From positions 1,696,001 to 1,760,000 of the forward strand of contig OY970280.1 in the NCBI GenBank assembly GCA_963715865.1: a stretch of 64,000 nt of DNA. Reading direction: 5' to 3'. The notes below the pieces were generated by a model that had not been told where the DNA came from, searched no databases, and saw nothing but the letters and a program-made list of their open reading frames with translations. Position numbers and translations under genes: made by a program. The stretch comes from Candidatus Bathyarchaeota archaeon (GTDB taxonomy: Archaea > Thermoproteota > Bathyarchaeia > Bathyarchaeales > Bathycorpusculaceae). Each line of letters opens with the position of its first letter. Position 1 is the first letter of the stretch. Shown one piece after another: positions 25,413 through 36,077 of this stretch.

Positions 25413-25819
25413 TTCCTGTATTCTTGCTTTGCTCCGAAAATCACACTACGTGCCTGATTCAAGCAAGACGCTAACAAAAAGTAACGGCTTTAGCCGTAAA
25501 AGTATTTGCAGTAGTTACGCCACTACCACAACCACCCTACCTGAGCATTGCTTGAACAAACGGATTAGAGCTTAAGACTTACCCAAGCATTAGTGAGTGT
25601 TATTTTGTTGTTGAAGCCAGTTTGCCAAGAAGACTTGATTGGTGTTACCAGTCTTTTCCAGCGAAACTATTCCTATCCCTACGGATATGGAGTGGGCATG
25701 GGCATGTGCGGTCGCTACTGGTAAACCATCAGTTACTCATATTTTTTTATCCACTATATTTTGGAAAACAGAAATAATGTAGTTGTTTAACTAGCAATCA
25801 AAAAGCAGGATATCTTTCC

Positions 25820-26635
25820 CTAAAAGAATGAATGAAGGTTTTTGATAGCCTGCTTTCTTAGCCTAAATATGACCGCAATAGAGAGCATTAAGATAAACAA
25901 GGGTAAAATTACTAACCATGAAAACTCTGGAACGGCAGGTGTTGAGGTAGGTGTTGGATTTGCCGAAGTAGATGAAGAGATTGAAGTGGAAGTTGCCCCA
26001 TTAGCTATGGTTATTGTTTGTGTGTTGCTCCAATCGCTTGATTCACCAGTAAAATTATATCCGTCTCCAGCCATTAGCTCCGTATAGACTATATTAACTT
26101 GTCCTATTAGTACCTGCACTTGAAAATCCAACTGACTGCCAGCAGGAACATTCTGTTCATTGAATAAACTGTAAAAATTGATTGATGCAGTGGTGTAATC
26201 GGAATTTGAAGCGGGATATTCAGGGGAAGATAGACTGCCAGAATCAAATCGACCGTATAGCCATGTGGAAACACCATTAGTTCCAAAAGGGTAGTAAGTC
26301 CATTCATCCCCATAGTGTCCTTTGACTCTAAAATTATAGTATAAACCAATGTAGTTACCACTTGAATCATTATAGGAGGTAAAGGGTTGATTCTTAATTG
26401 TGAACACCATCGTTCTATTGTCTACATGGTAACCCGCTTGGATAGTTACATTCTGTCCTGTGTATTGGTTTATTCCATAAGTTGGTGGTACATCATATGA
26501 ATAGTCGACATACTTCAATGTGAATTCTGGGACAGATGGCGTGGTTTGGCAAGACGCAGGTTTAACTATTATTAGGCTTGAGATAGCCATGATTAGAATA
26601 AGGAATAATGACAAACTCTTACTGATACTACTCAT
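25820..26635 (-). CDS. Secreted surface protein with PEF-CTERM-like sorting signal
   Basis: Signal peptide ending ASC-Q, Ser/Thr/Pro linker, VPEF-TM-RLRK tail. Confidence 0.8.
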   Translation of the reverse strand: MSSISKSLSLFLILIMAISSLIIVKPASCQTTPSVPEFTLKYVDYSYDVPPTYGINQYTGQNVTIQAGYHVDNRTMVFTIKNQPFTSYNDSSGNYIGLYYNFRVKGHYGDEWTYYPFGTNGVSTWLYGRFDSGSLSSPEYPASNSDYTTASINFYSLFNEQNVPAGSQLDFQVQVLIGQVNIVYTELMAGDGYNFTGESSDWSNTQTITIANGATSTSISSSTSANPTPTSTPAVPEFSWLVILPLFILMLSIAVIFRLRKQAIKNLHSFF

Positions 26636-26682
26636 GCTTAATTCTACAAACGGTTGGCAATAAAAGGTTTCTTGGTTTGGGT

Positions 26683-28344
26683 TTATTCTGATGGTGCCGG
26701 GGAGTACTGGCTTAGGTAACCCTTGGAAATTTTAGGCTTACGAGGCTTCCAGGCGGCTAACCGTTCTTTAAGCTCCTTATCTGACAGCTCAACTTTCAGT
26801 ATTCTGTTGGGTATGTCGATGGTTATTTTGTCGCCGTTCTTTAGGGCAGCGATTGGTCCGCCGTCGAAAGCTTCAGGCGCAACGTGCCCAATGCATGGTC
26901 CACGGGTCGCACCAGAAAACCTGCCGTCTGTAATCAACGCTACGCTTTCGCTTAAGCCCATGCCTGCAATTGTGGCTGTGGGGATTAGCATTTCAGGCAT
27001 TCCTGGTCCGCCTTTTGGTCCTTCATAACGAATAACCACGACGTCGCCTGCTTTAACCTCATGCCGCTTCATTGATTCTTCAGCTTCGCGTTCTGAATCG
27101 TAAACTTTCGCTGGACCTTGATGCTTCATCATTTTAGGTGAGACTGCCGCCGCTTTCACGACTGCTCCTTGAGGCGCCAAATTGCCCTTGAGTATGGCGA
27201 TGCCGCCTTCCTTGTGAACTGGCTTATCCAATGGGCGGATTACTTCAGCGTTTATTACTTTGGCTTCTGCAACGTTTTCGCCAACTGTTTTACCCGTAAC
27301 CGTTAACGCATCAAAATGCACGAATGGTTTAAGCTCCTTAATCAACGCAGGTAAACCGCCAGCGTTACCTAAATCTTCCATGTCAAAAGGTCCGTTTGGA
27401 ACCATGCTGCAGAGGTGCGGAACTTTCCGTCCAATCTCATCGTAATTTGAGAGACTAAGCTTAGCTCCTGCTTCCTTGGCGATGGCTGAAAGGTGCAAAA
27501 CCGTGTTTGTGGAGCCCCCAAGCGCCATGTCCACTGCAACTGCGTTGTCGAAGGCTTTCTGAGTCATAATCTGTGAGGGCTTGATGTCTTTCTTGATGAG
27601 TTCAACGATTTTTTCTCCTGTCTCTTTGGCAATTCTTAGCTTTGCGGCGCCGTTCGCTAATGCTGTTGCGCAGTAGGGGAGCGACATGCCTAAGGCTTCG
27701 GTTACGCATGCCATGGTGTTTGCTGTGAACATGCCGTTGCATGAGCCGCAGCCGGGACAAGCTACGTTCTCCAGCATTGCGGATTCTTTCGCGGTCATTT
27801 TGCCGGCGAAGACTTTGCCGACTGCTTCAAAAACGTTGTTGACGCCGACTTTTTGTCCTTCCAGTATACCTGATGCCATTGGTCCGCCTGTGACGGATAT
27901 AGCCGGCACATTCAGCCTTGCTGCTGCCATGAGCATGCCTGGCGTGACTTTGTCGCAGTTTGAAATCAGCACCATGCCGTCTAATCGGTGGGCTTGCATC
28001 ATGATTTCTACTGAATCAGCGATTAATTCGCGGCTTGGAAGTGAATACCGCATGCCTTCATGACCCATAGCTATGCCGTCGCATACGGCTATGGTGTTAA
28101 ATTCGAAGGGTGTTCCGCCAGCTTCAAGAATGCCTTCCTTCACCGCTTCGCCTAAGGTTCTTAGGTGAATGTGTCCAGGAACTATTGACGTGTAACTATT
28201 CGCTATACCAATGAATGGTTTAGCTATGTCTTCGTCTGTTAAACCTAAACTTTTTAGCAGGGCTCTGTGTGGTGCCCGTTCAGTTCCCAGTTTTATCTCG
28301 TCACTTCTCATTCTAATCAACCTCTGTGCTGCATAAGACACCAA
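26683..28344 (-). CDS. ilvD: Dihydroxy-acid dehydratase
   Basis: [38 protein letters not shown]. Confidence 0.97.
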   Translation of the reverse strand: MVSYAAQRLIRMRSDEIKLGTERAPHRALLKSLGLTDEDIAKPFIGIANSYTSIVPGHIHLRTLGEAVKEGILEAGGTPFEFNTIAVCDGIAMGHEGMRYSLPSRELIADSVEIMMQAHRLDGMVLISNCDKVTPGMLMAAARLNVPAISVTGGPMASGILEGQKVGVNNVFEAVGKVFAGKMTAKESAMLENVACPGCGSCNGMFTANTMACVTEALGMSLPYCATALANGAAKLRIAKETGEKIVELIKKDIKPSQIMTQKAFDNAVAVDMALGGSTNTVLHLSAIAKEAGAKLSLSNYDEIGRKVPHLCSMVPNGPFDMEDLGNAGGLPALIKELKPFVHFDALTVTGKTVGENVAEAKVINAEVIRPLDKPVHKEGGIAILKGNLAPQGAVVKAAAVSPKMMKHQGPAKVYDSEREAEESMKRHEVKAGDVVVIRYEGPKGGPGMPEMLIPTATIAGMGLSESVALITDGRFSGATRGPCIGHVAPEAFDGGPIAALKNGDKITIDIPNRILKVELSDKELKERLAAWKPRKPKISKGYLSQYSPAPSE

Positions 28345-28404
28345 TAATTTTATATTTAAGGTTGACGCTCTGAAAAGAGATGTGATTTAAAATGGGGTAT
28401 TGCT

Positions 28405-29919
28405 TTATCTAACCGCTTCCCTAAACGTGTAAGATTTTTAGACACCACCCTTCGTGATGGTGAACAAACACCCGGAGTATCACTTGTTCCTGAAAATAAA
28501 TTGAGAATTGCTCAACGCTTAGACGAGCTTGGCGTCGATGTGATTGAGGCTGGGTTCGCCGCTGCTTCTGAAGGCGAAATGGAAGCCGTAAGCCTCATCG
28601 CTAAACAGGGTTTAAGGGCTGAAATTTCCAGTTGCGCCAGAGGCACAAGAGGCGACATTGAAGCCGTAGCAAAAAGCGGAGCCGACAGCATACACCTTGT
28701 TATTCCAACCTCTGACATACACTTAAAATACAAACTGAATAAGACACGAGAGCAACTGCTCAAAATCGCCGAAGAGTGCGTCCAACTTGCAAAGAGCCAA
28801 GGCTTAATTGTTGAGCTTTCAGCTGAAGATGCCACGCGCACGGAGCTTGATTTCCTCAAGAAAGTCTACGAAGTAGGCATTGCTGCTGGGGCAGACCGTG
28901 TTGTCGCATGTGACACGGTGGGTGTGTTAACGCCTGAGAAATCATACGAGTTATTCTCAGCGCTTTACGATTCGGTGAAGGTTCCCATAAGCGTTCACTG
29001 CCACAACGACTTCGGAATGGCAGTTGCCAACTCGATTGCAGCACTAAGAGCTGGTGCAACGCAGGTTCACGCAACCATAAACGGTTTAGGCGAGCGTGCT
29101 GGGAACGCTTCGTTGGAGGAAATAGTGGTTTCGTTAAAGCAATTGTACAATTTGGACTTGCCCATCAAAACTGAGCTTTTGTACAGCACTTCGCAGCTGG
29201 TTTCGCGCTTAACGGGCATACCTGTACAGCCTAACAAGGCAATCGTTGGCGAGAACGCTTTCACGCATGAATCAGGCATCCACACGCAAGGCTTGTTGGC
29301 TTATCCGTTGACTTATGAGCCGATTGCACCTGAACTGGTCGGTGGTACACGCCGAATTTCGCCTGGAAAACACTCTGGAACGCATGGCATACAAGCTGCC
29401 CTGGAGAAGATGGGTTTGCAGCCGACTGAGGAACAGTTTAAAGAAATATTCAAGCGAATCAAAGACTTAGGCGATAAAGGCAAAACCGTTATGGACGCTG
29501 ATGTGTTGGCGATAGCAGAAAACGTTATGGGCTTAAGCAAAGCCAAACCAATACAACTTGAGGAGTTAACGGTGGTAAGCGGCGACAAAGTAACGCCAAC
29601 CGCTTCAGTACGCCTTAGGCTAAACGGCAAGGACGTCTGGGGAGCAGCAGTCGGCGTTGGACCAGTTGACGCAGCTATAAACGCGGTGAAAAATGCAATT
29701 GCAGAAGTTGAACCCATCACGCTGGAGCAGTACAATGTTAAAGCGATAACTGGCGGAACAGACGCAATGGTTGAAGTTGTCGTGCGAATGCGAAAAGGCG
29801 ACAGAACAGTAACAGCCATGGGAGTCCGCGAAGACATAGTTAAAGCCAGCATGGAAGCAGTGCTAAGCGCCATGAACGTGCTAACAACAGACTACAACAA
29901 CAAAAACAACACTAACTGA
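28405..29919 (+). CDS. leuA: 2-isopropylmalate/citramalate synthase family (LeuA/CimA); start apparently non-canonical
   Basis: DTTLRDGEQ lies upstream of the first canonical start (28501); HCHND, GERAGN, HESGIH, C-terminal regulatory domain. Confidence 0.88.
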   Translation, partial: LSNRFPKRVRFLDTTLRDGEQTPGVSLVPENKLRIAQRLDELGVDVIEAGFAAASEGEMEAVSLIAKQGLRAEISSCARGTRGDIEAVAKSGADSIHLVIPTSDIHLKYKLNKTREQLLKIAEECVQLAKSQGLIVELSAEDATRTELDFLKKVYEVGIAAGADRVVACDTVGVLTPEKSYELFSALYDSVKVPISVHCHNDFGMAVANSIAALRAGATQVHATINGLGERAGNASLEEIVVSLKQLYNLDLPIKTELLYSTSQLVSRLTGIPVQPNKAIVGENAFTHESGIHTQGLLAYPLTYEPIAPELVGGTRRISPGKHSGTHGIQAALEKMGLQPTEEQFKEIFKRIKDLGDKGKTVMDADVLAIAENVMGLSKAKPIQLEELTVVSGDKVTPTASVRLRLNGKDVWGAAVGVGPVDAAINAVKNAIAEVEPITLEQYNVKAITGGTDAMVEVVVRMRKGDRTVTAMGVREDIVKASMEAVLSAMNVLTTDYNNKNNTN

Positions 29920-29969
29920 CGCTTTGGAAATTCTGAAGCCTCCTTGTTTGTTTTCTTTCTTATGCAAGC

Positions 29970-30136
29970 TTTTTTCTATGCGCTTATTTTTGGTGGTGGA
30001 CGCACACGCCTGCCAAGCATAATGCGCAAAGCTATACGATACAGCTTCCGCAGAGACTTCCAGTTGCTCGACGCTGGGTGCAGTTGAGTAAATGAGCGGT
30101 ATTTGCTCATACTCTACACTGCAATGCGTATGGCTT
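29970..30136 (-). pseudogene. Diverged copy of the 3' end of the regulator gene at 31137-31904
   Basis: About 90% identical to 31131-31294 by manual alignment, two small indels, mostly synonymous substitutions. Confidence 0.9.
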
Positions 30137-30149
30137 AGATCAGCTTAGG

Positions 30150-30572
30150 TTAAATAGTTCTTTTTATTGGCGTTGACTCGAAGTCTTTGTCGTTTGAAAC
30201 TATTTCTTGTGCGCCCATTCGTATAGCTACAGCTAAGTGTATAGAGTCCTCATAATCAAGCCTGTAATCGTTCATCAAGTCTAATGCTGTAGTGAAGTCT
30301 TCAGGTTTTAGTGGTTCAATTATTAAGCCCTTGATTTGTGTTATAGCTTTAATGACTTCTTCTGTGAAGGTTTTGTCTTTCAAGTTTTTACCTGTTAAGC
30401 CAGCTATTATTACGAGTGTTTCGTAGAGTGATAAGCTAGAGGTCACGTATTCTCCAGGAGGAGAGCTTTCTATGTTTTTGATCCATTTGCAGGCCGTTTC
30501 ACCGAATTTTGGATGGTTAGCAAGCCAATATACAAAAATATTGACATCTACGTAGCGCTTTTCTTCCGCCAT
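30150..30572 (-). CDS. vapC: VapC/PIN-domain toxin
   Basis: YVDVNIF...YEDSIHLA...SNDKDF PIN motifs. Confidence 0.9.
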   Translation of the reverse strand: MAEEKRYVDVNIFVYWLANHPKFGETACKWIKNIESSPPGEYVTSSLSLYETLVIIAGLTGKNLKDKTFTEEVIKAITQIKGLIIEPLKPEDFTTALDLMNDYRLDYEDSIHLAVAIRMGAQEIVSNDKDFESTPIKRTI

Positions 30573-30811
30573 TTCTCTTTTACCTCTACTACGAATTCAT
30601 CTAGGTCTTCAGGCCAACTGGTTACTTTGAAAGCGCCAAAATATTTGTCTGCAACAGGCTCTACGGGCTCAATAATCACCATTTTTCCTTTCGACCTTAT
30701 GTTCATATAGCTGCCTTCCTTAAGCTGGGCTGCTTTCCTTATTCGCCTCGGAATAATTATCCTGCCTTTCTCATCCATTTTAACGGTGGTTTCGCCCATT
30801 TTTCTTCCCAC
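30548..30811 (-). CDS. AbrB/MazE-type antitoxin
   Basis: KMDEKGRIIIP motif; overlaps vapC. Confidence 0.88.
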   Translation of the reverse strand: MGRKMGETTVKMDEKGRIIIPRRIRKAAQLKEGSYMNIRSKGKMVIIEPVEPVADKYFGAFKVTSWPEDLDEFVVEVKEKWRKKSAT

Positions 30812-30885
30812 TAATATTATTTAATCCCACACTTTTAAATATATACCACACTATACCCTTAATAGTCAAATACTCAGAACGGTTA

Positions 30886-31116
30886 TTGAAAGTGACTGGT
30901 TTGAAAGTTATCAGGGTTACAAAAAAGGGTCAAGTTACAATATCTAAAAAACTAAGGGAAAAATACCAAATCAAACGCAAAATTGTGATAGAAGAGAGTG
31001 AACAGGGCATCATAATAAAACCGCTTATTTCCCCAAAAGACGATTTTGGCTCATTAAAATGGGCATTTAAAGGGAAAAACGCAAGAGAAGTATTAGCTGA
31101 CGCAAGAGCATATTAG
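30886..31116 (+). CDS. Orphan AbrB/MazE-type antitoxin
   Basis: RVTKKGQVTISKKLREKY; no toxin gene follows. Confidence 0.8.
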   Translation: MKVTGLKVIRVTKKGQVTISKKLREKYQIKRKIVIEESEQGIIIKPLISPKDDFGSLKWAFKGKNAREVLADARAY

Positions 31117-31136
31117 CAAAAGACTATTTTCTTTTT

Positions 31137-31904
31137 TTATGCGCTTATTTTTGGTGGTGGACGCACTCGCCTGCCAAGCTTAATGCGCAACGCTATACGG
31201 TAAAGTTTCCGCAACGATTTCACCAGTTGCTCGACGCTGGGTGCGGTTGAGTAAATGAGCGGTATCTGCTCGTACTCTGCTATGCGTATGGCTTCGGCGT
31301 CAGGTTGGGTTTTGTGAAAAACCACAATGCGCGGTTTTAAACTGCTAACTCGTACAATCATCATGGGCAAGCATCCAGCTTCCACGTTTGTGAAAACCAG
31401 CGCCCGCTCAGTTGTTGCCCCAAATAACTGCGCGTATTCCAAGCCAGAATACGCTTCAATGGCTTTCCTGCTGTCTATGACCGTGTACCCGTTAACTTCT
31501 TTAACGTTCTTGTCTTTGCAGGCTACTACTTCGCCGCCGATAGCCTTGCATAAGTATTCAACCCTCACCGGAATTGGAAACTCGCGCAAATCCACGACTG
31601 CCATGCTGGGTGAACTGGTTAGTTTTGCGAATTCTCTGATGAAGCGGCTGCCCTTTTGCTCATCAATCTGCAAAAGCGAAAGCACAAACCGTCGAATGAA
31701 TTTGGCGCCTGGGCTTTGTCTTCGTCCACTCTCATAATCACTTATCACCGATGAGGACAACCCCATTGTCTCTGAAACACTCATTTGCGAAACAGCAAAA
31801 AGTTCCCGCCATTTCCGCATGGTAGCGCCTGGTTTACTTGAAAGAATTATTTCTCCAGCAATTCTTCTTGCTAAAACTTCCCTTAGACTAGGCGACACAG
31901 ACAT
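31137..31904 (-). CDS. Conserved archaeal XRE-type HTH regulator
   Basis: RRIAGEIILS...SVISDYESGRRQSPG. Confidence 0.85.
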   Translation of the reverse strand: MSVSPSLREVLARRIAGEIILSSKPGATMRKWRELFAVSQMSVSETMGLSSSVISDYESGRRQSPGAKFIRRFVLSLLQIDEQKGSRFIREFAKLTSSPSMAVVDLREFPIPVRVEYLCKAIGGEVVACKDKNVKEVNGYTVIDSRKAIEAYSGLEYAQLFGATTERALVFTNVEAGCLPMMIVRVSSLKPRIVVFHKTQPDAEAIRIAEYEQIPLIYSTAPSVEQLVKSLRKLYRIALRIKLGRRVRPPPKISA

Positions 31905-32174
31905 GAAATAACTCTCCGGCTTTTACTCTTCCCTTTAAGCTTGAGATATAAAACTGTAGCGTTTTTTTACAATGCAGAGTGCAGAAATCAAGCCTTTTTC
32001 GAAAAATAGTTCATTGATAGATTTTTTCATTTTGATTTAGCGCTAGCTCGATATATCAGATTACTGAATTGCGTTTATAAGGAAGTTTCGCGTACTAATG
32101 CAGTAACGTTCCCAGTCTAAAAAGACAAAGAAGAACGTTACTACCGCAATGAACAAGTAAAGGAGTGATAGAAA

Positions 32175-32465
32175 ATGGCAGAAAAACCTAATAATGTAGT
32201 ATTCGTTGGAAACAAACCACCAATGAGCTATGTGCTCGCTATCATAACAGCTTTCTCTTCAGGCATAGAAAAAGAAATAATTCTAAAAGCACGAGGACAA
32301 GCAATAACTACCGCTGTTGACGTTGCAGAAATAACAAGAAGCCGCTTCCTCAAAGACCTCAAAGTCTCAAAAATCGCAATCGGAACAGCAGAGATGCCAC
32401 CAAGAGAAGGCGAAAACAGGTCCAGGATGGTTTCAACGATAGAGATATCTCTTGCAAAAGAGTAA
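32175..32465 (+). CDS. albA: Chromatin protein Alba
   Basis: VFVGNKPPMSYV, LKARGQAITTAVD, VSTIEI. Confidence 0.95.
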   Translation: MAEKPNNVVFVGNKPPMSYVLAIITAFSSGIEKEIILKARGQAITTAVDVAEITRSRFLKDLKVSKIAIGTAEMPPREGENRSRMVSTIEISLAKE

Positions 32466-32549
32466 CATGGCGAACAACAATCAATCTGGGAGTTTTAAGC
32501 TCTCCAACCTTTTTACAACATTAACCACAATCATTTTAGCTTTTTAATA

Positions 32550-33407
32550 TCATGTTTTGCGATTATTTTTCAGGTAGGCTTCAACTTTCTTAACAATTTC
32601 CATGAAAGCCTTAGCCGCAGCAGAATCCTTGTGTGCAACCACAAAAGGATGCCCCGTATCAGAATCCACACTTACCTGGGGGTCAATCGGAATACTGCCG
32701 AGAAAGGGAACGTCAGCTTCTTCAGCCATCTTTTTCCCGCCGCCAGACCGGAAAATCTCAGTTTTCTCTCCGCAATGTGGGCAAACAAAACCGCTCATGT
32801 TCTCTACAACACCAATTATAGGCATGTTTAATCTTTCAGCAAAAGTGATTGCCCTCTTAACAACGGAGCTTGACAACTCAGAAGGCATTGTAACAATCAC
32901 TACACCATCCATCTCAGGCAAAAGCTGAGCAATACTTAACGGTTCATCACCTGTTCCAGGCGGCAAATCAATAAAGAGAAAATCCAGCTCACCCCAAACA
33001 ATATCCGACAAGAACTGGCGGATAGCCCTCATTTTTAATGGTCCACGCCAAATCGTCGGCGTTTCCTCGGGCAAAAAGAAATCTATGGACATAACCTTCA
33101 TCCCAAATGGTCCATCAACGGGAAAAGCGCCCGGCGGACCAGTTTTAACGCGTTGTCCTTCTAATCCAAGAAGCCTTGGAACACTGGGTCCATGAATATC
33201 AGCGTCTAAAACGCCAACTTTGCTTCCCTTCTGTGCGAATGCTACCGCAAGGTTAACGGTTACGGTGCTTTTTCCAACTCCGCCTTTACCGCTTATAACG
33301 GCGATTTTATGTTTAATTTTGCCCATTCTATCTTTCAGTTTCTGCTGCTCCTCTGACGTTTGCTGCCTGTAAGCTTCAATTTGAGCCATGTTTCTCTCTA
33401 AACTCAT
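32550..33407 (-). CDS. Mrp/NBP35 Fe-S cluster carrier ATPase
   Basis: GKGGVGKS, DLPPGTGD, ENMS, CPHC. Confidence 0.95.
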   Translation of the reverse strand: MSLERNMAQIEAYRQQTSEEQQKLKDRMGKIKHKIAVISGKGGVGKSTVTVNLAVAFAQKGSKVGVLDADIHGPSVPRLLGLEGQRVKTGPPGAFPVDGPFGMKVMSIDFFLPEETPTIWRGPLKMRAIRQFLSDIVWGELDFLFIDLPPGTGDEPLSIAQLLPEMDGVVIVTMPSELSSSVVKRAITFAERLNMPIIGVVENMSGFVCPHCGEKTEIFRSGGGKKMAEEADVPFLGSIPIDPQVSVDSDTGHPFVVAHKDSAAAKAFMEIVKKVEAYLKNNRKT

Positions 33408-33509
33408 AAAAACACCAGTTTGGAAATACTGTTTAAGGTTTGATGCTTAAGTAAACTAAAATAGTTTATGGTTGCTTAACTTTACAGGTTAAATGAGGGT
33501 CTTTAGGCG

Positions 33510-34487
33510 ATGAACAAAATGGTCACACTCAAAAATATACAGCAAGCACAAAACACCATAGCACCCTACGCCAAGCCCACGCCACTAACTCGCTCAAAGT
33601 TTCTAAGCGAACTATGCAGCGACGATGTCTTTTTGAAACTTGAAAACCAGCAGGTAACTCACTCCTTCAAAATTCGCGGAGTAATAAACAAACTACTCAA
33701 CTTATCACCTGAAGAAAAAGCCAGAGGAGTAGTAACGGCTTCAGCAGGCAATCACGGTCAAGCAGTAGCTTTTGGTGCTCAAAAGCTGGGTTTCTCAGCA
33801 AAAATCGTAGTGCCCACTAACACGCCGAAAATTAAAGTGGATGGCATAAAACAGTACGGTGCCGACCTCTTATTGTTCGGTGAAACTTACTCTGAGGCTG
33901 AAAAGAAAGCCAAAGAAATCGCAACACAAGAAGGATGCTTCTACATTTCTCCTTATAATGACGAGTTGATTGTGGCTGGACACGGAACCGTCGGGTTAGA
34001 AATCCTTAAAGCACTTCCAACCGTTGACGTCGTCATTGTGCCTGTTGGCGGAGGAGGCTTAATTTCAGGCATAAGCATAGCCGTTAAAAGCCTAAAACCC
34101 AACGTGCAAGTTATCGGCGTACAATCCGAAGCTTCACCCATCATGTTCGAGTCTTTGAAGGCGGGCAAAATCGTTCCTCCACACAGACACGAACCCTACA
34201 CCATTGCTGAAGGGCTATCCGGAGGCATCGAAAAAGGCTCCATCACATTCACCATCGCTCAGCAATACGTTGACGAGGTAATGCTGGTCAGAGAAGAATC
34301 CATTAGGCATGCGGTTTACTTGCTTTGGAAAAACGAAAAACAAGTGGTGGAAGGCTCAGGCGTGGCAGGCGTCGCAATGCTGCTGGAAAACAACGACTCA
34401 TTCACGGGGCAAACTGTTGCTGTAGTCATAACCGGTGGAAACATTGACGACTCGCTGTTTAAGAGCATTTTAGCTTCCGAAGAATAA
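33510..34487 (+). CDS. PLP-dependent threonine/serine dehydratase
   Basis: SFKIRG, SAGNHG, PVGGGGL; no regulatory domain. Confidence 0.92.
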   Translation: MNKMVTLKNIQQAQNTIAPYAKPTPLTRSKFLSELCSDDVFLKLENQQVTHSFKIRGVINKLLNLSPEEKARGVVTASAGNHGQAVAFGAQKLGFSAKIVVPTNTPKIKVDGIKQYGADLLLFGETYSEAEKKAKEIATQEGCFYISPYNDELIVAGHGTVGLEILKALPTVDVVIVPVGGGGLISGISIAVKSLKPNVQVIGVQSEASPIMFESLKAGKIVPPHRHEPYTIAEGLSGGIEKGSITFTIAQQYVDEVMLVREESIRHAVYLLWKNEKQVVEGSGVAGVAMLLENNDSFTGQTVAVVITGGNIDDSLFKSILASEE

Positions 34488-34493
34488 TCGTCT

Positions 34494-34979
34494 TTAGCCG
34501 AGTTTGTAGCCTATTTTTCGCAAGAACCCACGCCGCTCCTTAACGTCAGCGTCGGTCTCTATGCCTTTGCTTTTCAAGCCATCAACAACGCCAACAATGC
34601 CTCTGCCCTGAGCAGTTTCAGCAATTATTACTTCTAGCGGGTTAGCTGTAGCTGCGTAAACAGTGCATACTTCAGGCACTTTCTTGATTTTGTCGAGAAC
34701 GTTTAATGGGTAAGCATTTTTTATGTAAATGAGAAAGCTGTGGCCGCAACCGATTTCAAAGGCTTTTTCCGCTGCCAAACTCCTCAGTTCCTCGTCATTT
34801 CCTTCATGCCGAACTAAGCAAGGTCCTGAGCTCTCGCAGAAACCTAGACCAAATTTAATATCGGGCACAGAATTAACCAGTGCCTCATACAAGTCTTCAG
34901 CGGTTTTTATGAAGTGAGCCATGCCTAAGATGATGTTGCAGTCTTTAGGCGGGTCAATTTTAACTGTTTTAAACTCCAA
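34494..34979 (-). CDS. DUF355 family (adenosine/AMP-binding) protein
   Basis: [23 protein letters not shown]. Confidence 0.85.
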   Translation of the reverse strand: MEFKTVKIDPPKDCNIILGMAHFIKTAEDLYEALVNSVPDIKFGLGFCESSGPCLVRHEGNDEELRSLAAEKAFEIGCGHSFLIYIKNAYPLNVLDKIKKVPEVCTVYAATANPLEVIIAETAQGRGIVGVVDGLKSKGIETDADVKERRGFLRKIGYKLG

Positions 34980-35206
34980 ACCTTAAGCCTCCAAAGCTAA
35001 TGACTTATCAGCGCTTTTAACATATAACTTTTTTAAAACAACTTGTAAGTTGCTTTTTGAAAAGCCCATTCAAGAGCAAGCGTTTAACAATGTATATTAT
35101 GGCTCTTTATTTAACGATAAATTTTATATGCGTCAATGCGTTGCATAGATAAGTCGTGCAAGAAGCAGTTTTTGCACAATAAACAGATATAAGGAGTTGA
35201 AAAGTA

Positions 35207-35350
35207 GTGTCCGAGAAAGAAATGCATAAAGCAACTTGCGCTGAATGCGGAAAAGAATGTGAAGTTCCATTCAAGCCAGATCCAAGCAGGCCAGTTTATT
35301 GCCGAGAATGCTTTGCTAAAAAACGACCAGCAAGGCCAAGACGATATTAA
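35207..35350 (+). CDS. CxxC-x17-CxxC zinc-ribbon protein
   Basis: Manual translation MHKATCAECGKECEVPFKPDPSRPVYCRECF; GGAG SD. Confidence 0.9.
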   Translation: MSEKEMHKATCAECGKECEVPFKPDPSRPVYCRECFAKKRPARPRRY

Positions 35351-35488
35351 GCTAACCGCTTAACCCATTAAATCTCTAAATTTATTCATTATTTTTTTTA
35401 AGTTTTTCATTATTTTTCTGCGTTAGCCCTGTTTTTGCACGAACAAAAGCTAAATATCATTGAATAGTTAATCAATGGGGAAAAGCAA

Positions 35489-35562
35489 GGGCCGGTAGTT
35501 CAGCTGGTATGAACGCTTGACTTGCACTCAAGAGGTCGGGGGTTCAAATCCCCCCCGGTCCA
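35489..35562 (+). tRNA. tRNA-Ala (TGC)
   Basis: Complete cloverleaf, G3:U70 pair, A73, no intron, CCA not encoded. Confidence 0.97.
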
Positions 35563-35665
35563 CTTCAAAATTGTTTTCAAATTCTTGCGAAGAAGAGGTA
35601 GCAGTCGAAGCATAATAACCCGTGAAGCATTTAAGCAACCCTAAAAAAATCGACCCTGCGCGCTG

Positions 35666-35784
35666 TTCAGATCATTGGAGGCCAACTGGCAAGAGAATAC
35701 CGTGCTCATCGCAAAACAGCACACACGTAACCGGTGGATTTCTTACACTGCGCTACCAACGGTAAGACCAATGATAGATCTGAA
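35666..35784. ncRNA. Candidate structured RNA
   Basis: 13-bp closing stem TTCAGATCATTGG/CCAATGAT(AGAT)CTGAA enclosing ACCGT/ACGGT and smaller hairpins. Confidence 0.35.
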
Positions 35785-35876
35785 GGATCAAAGAAGCGTA
35801 TATATCCTTCAACTTAGATTGCTCTGAGCTTGTTTTAAATACTTAAACGCTCCAATTAATATGTGGGGAAGGAATA

Positions 35877-36077
35877 GTGTTGGAAGTACAACATGTGTGC
35901 TTCAATGAGTTCCCCGATCAATGCGTAGGATGCCCAGAATACAGTGAAACAAGGCAAGATCAGGCAACGCAACTCATATTGCTTACAGGGATGGGGATGA
36001 TGTACCCGCCATACGCGAAAAAAATCGTCAAAGAATGCAAGCGGTATCACAAGCGCAAAGTTGAATATCTGAGGTAG
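35877..36077 (+). CDS. Hypothetical Cys-containing protein, 66 aa
   Basis: ORF track; GGGGAAGGA purine tract upstream. Confidence 0.4.
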   Translation: MLEVQHVCFNEFPDQCVGCPEYSETRQDQATQLILLTGMGMMYPPYAKKIVKECKRYHKRKVEYLR

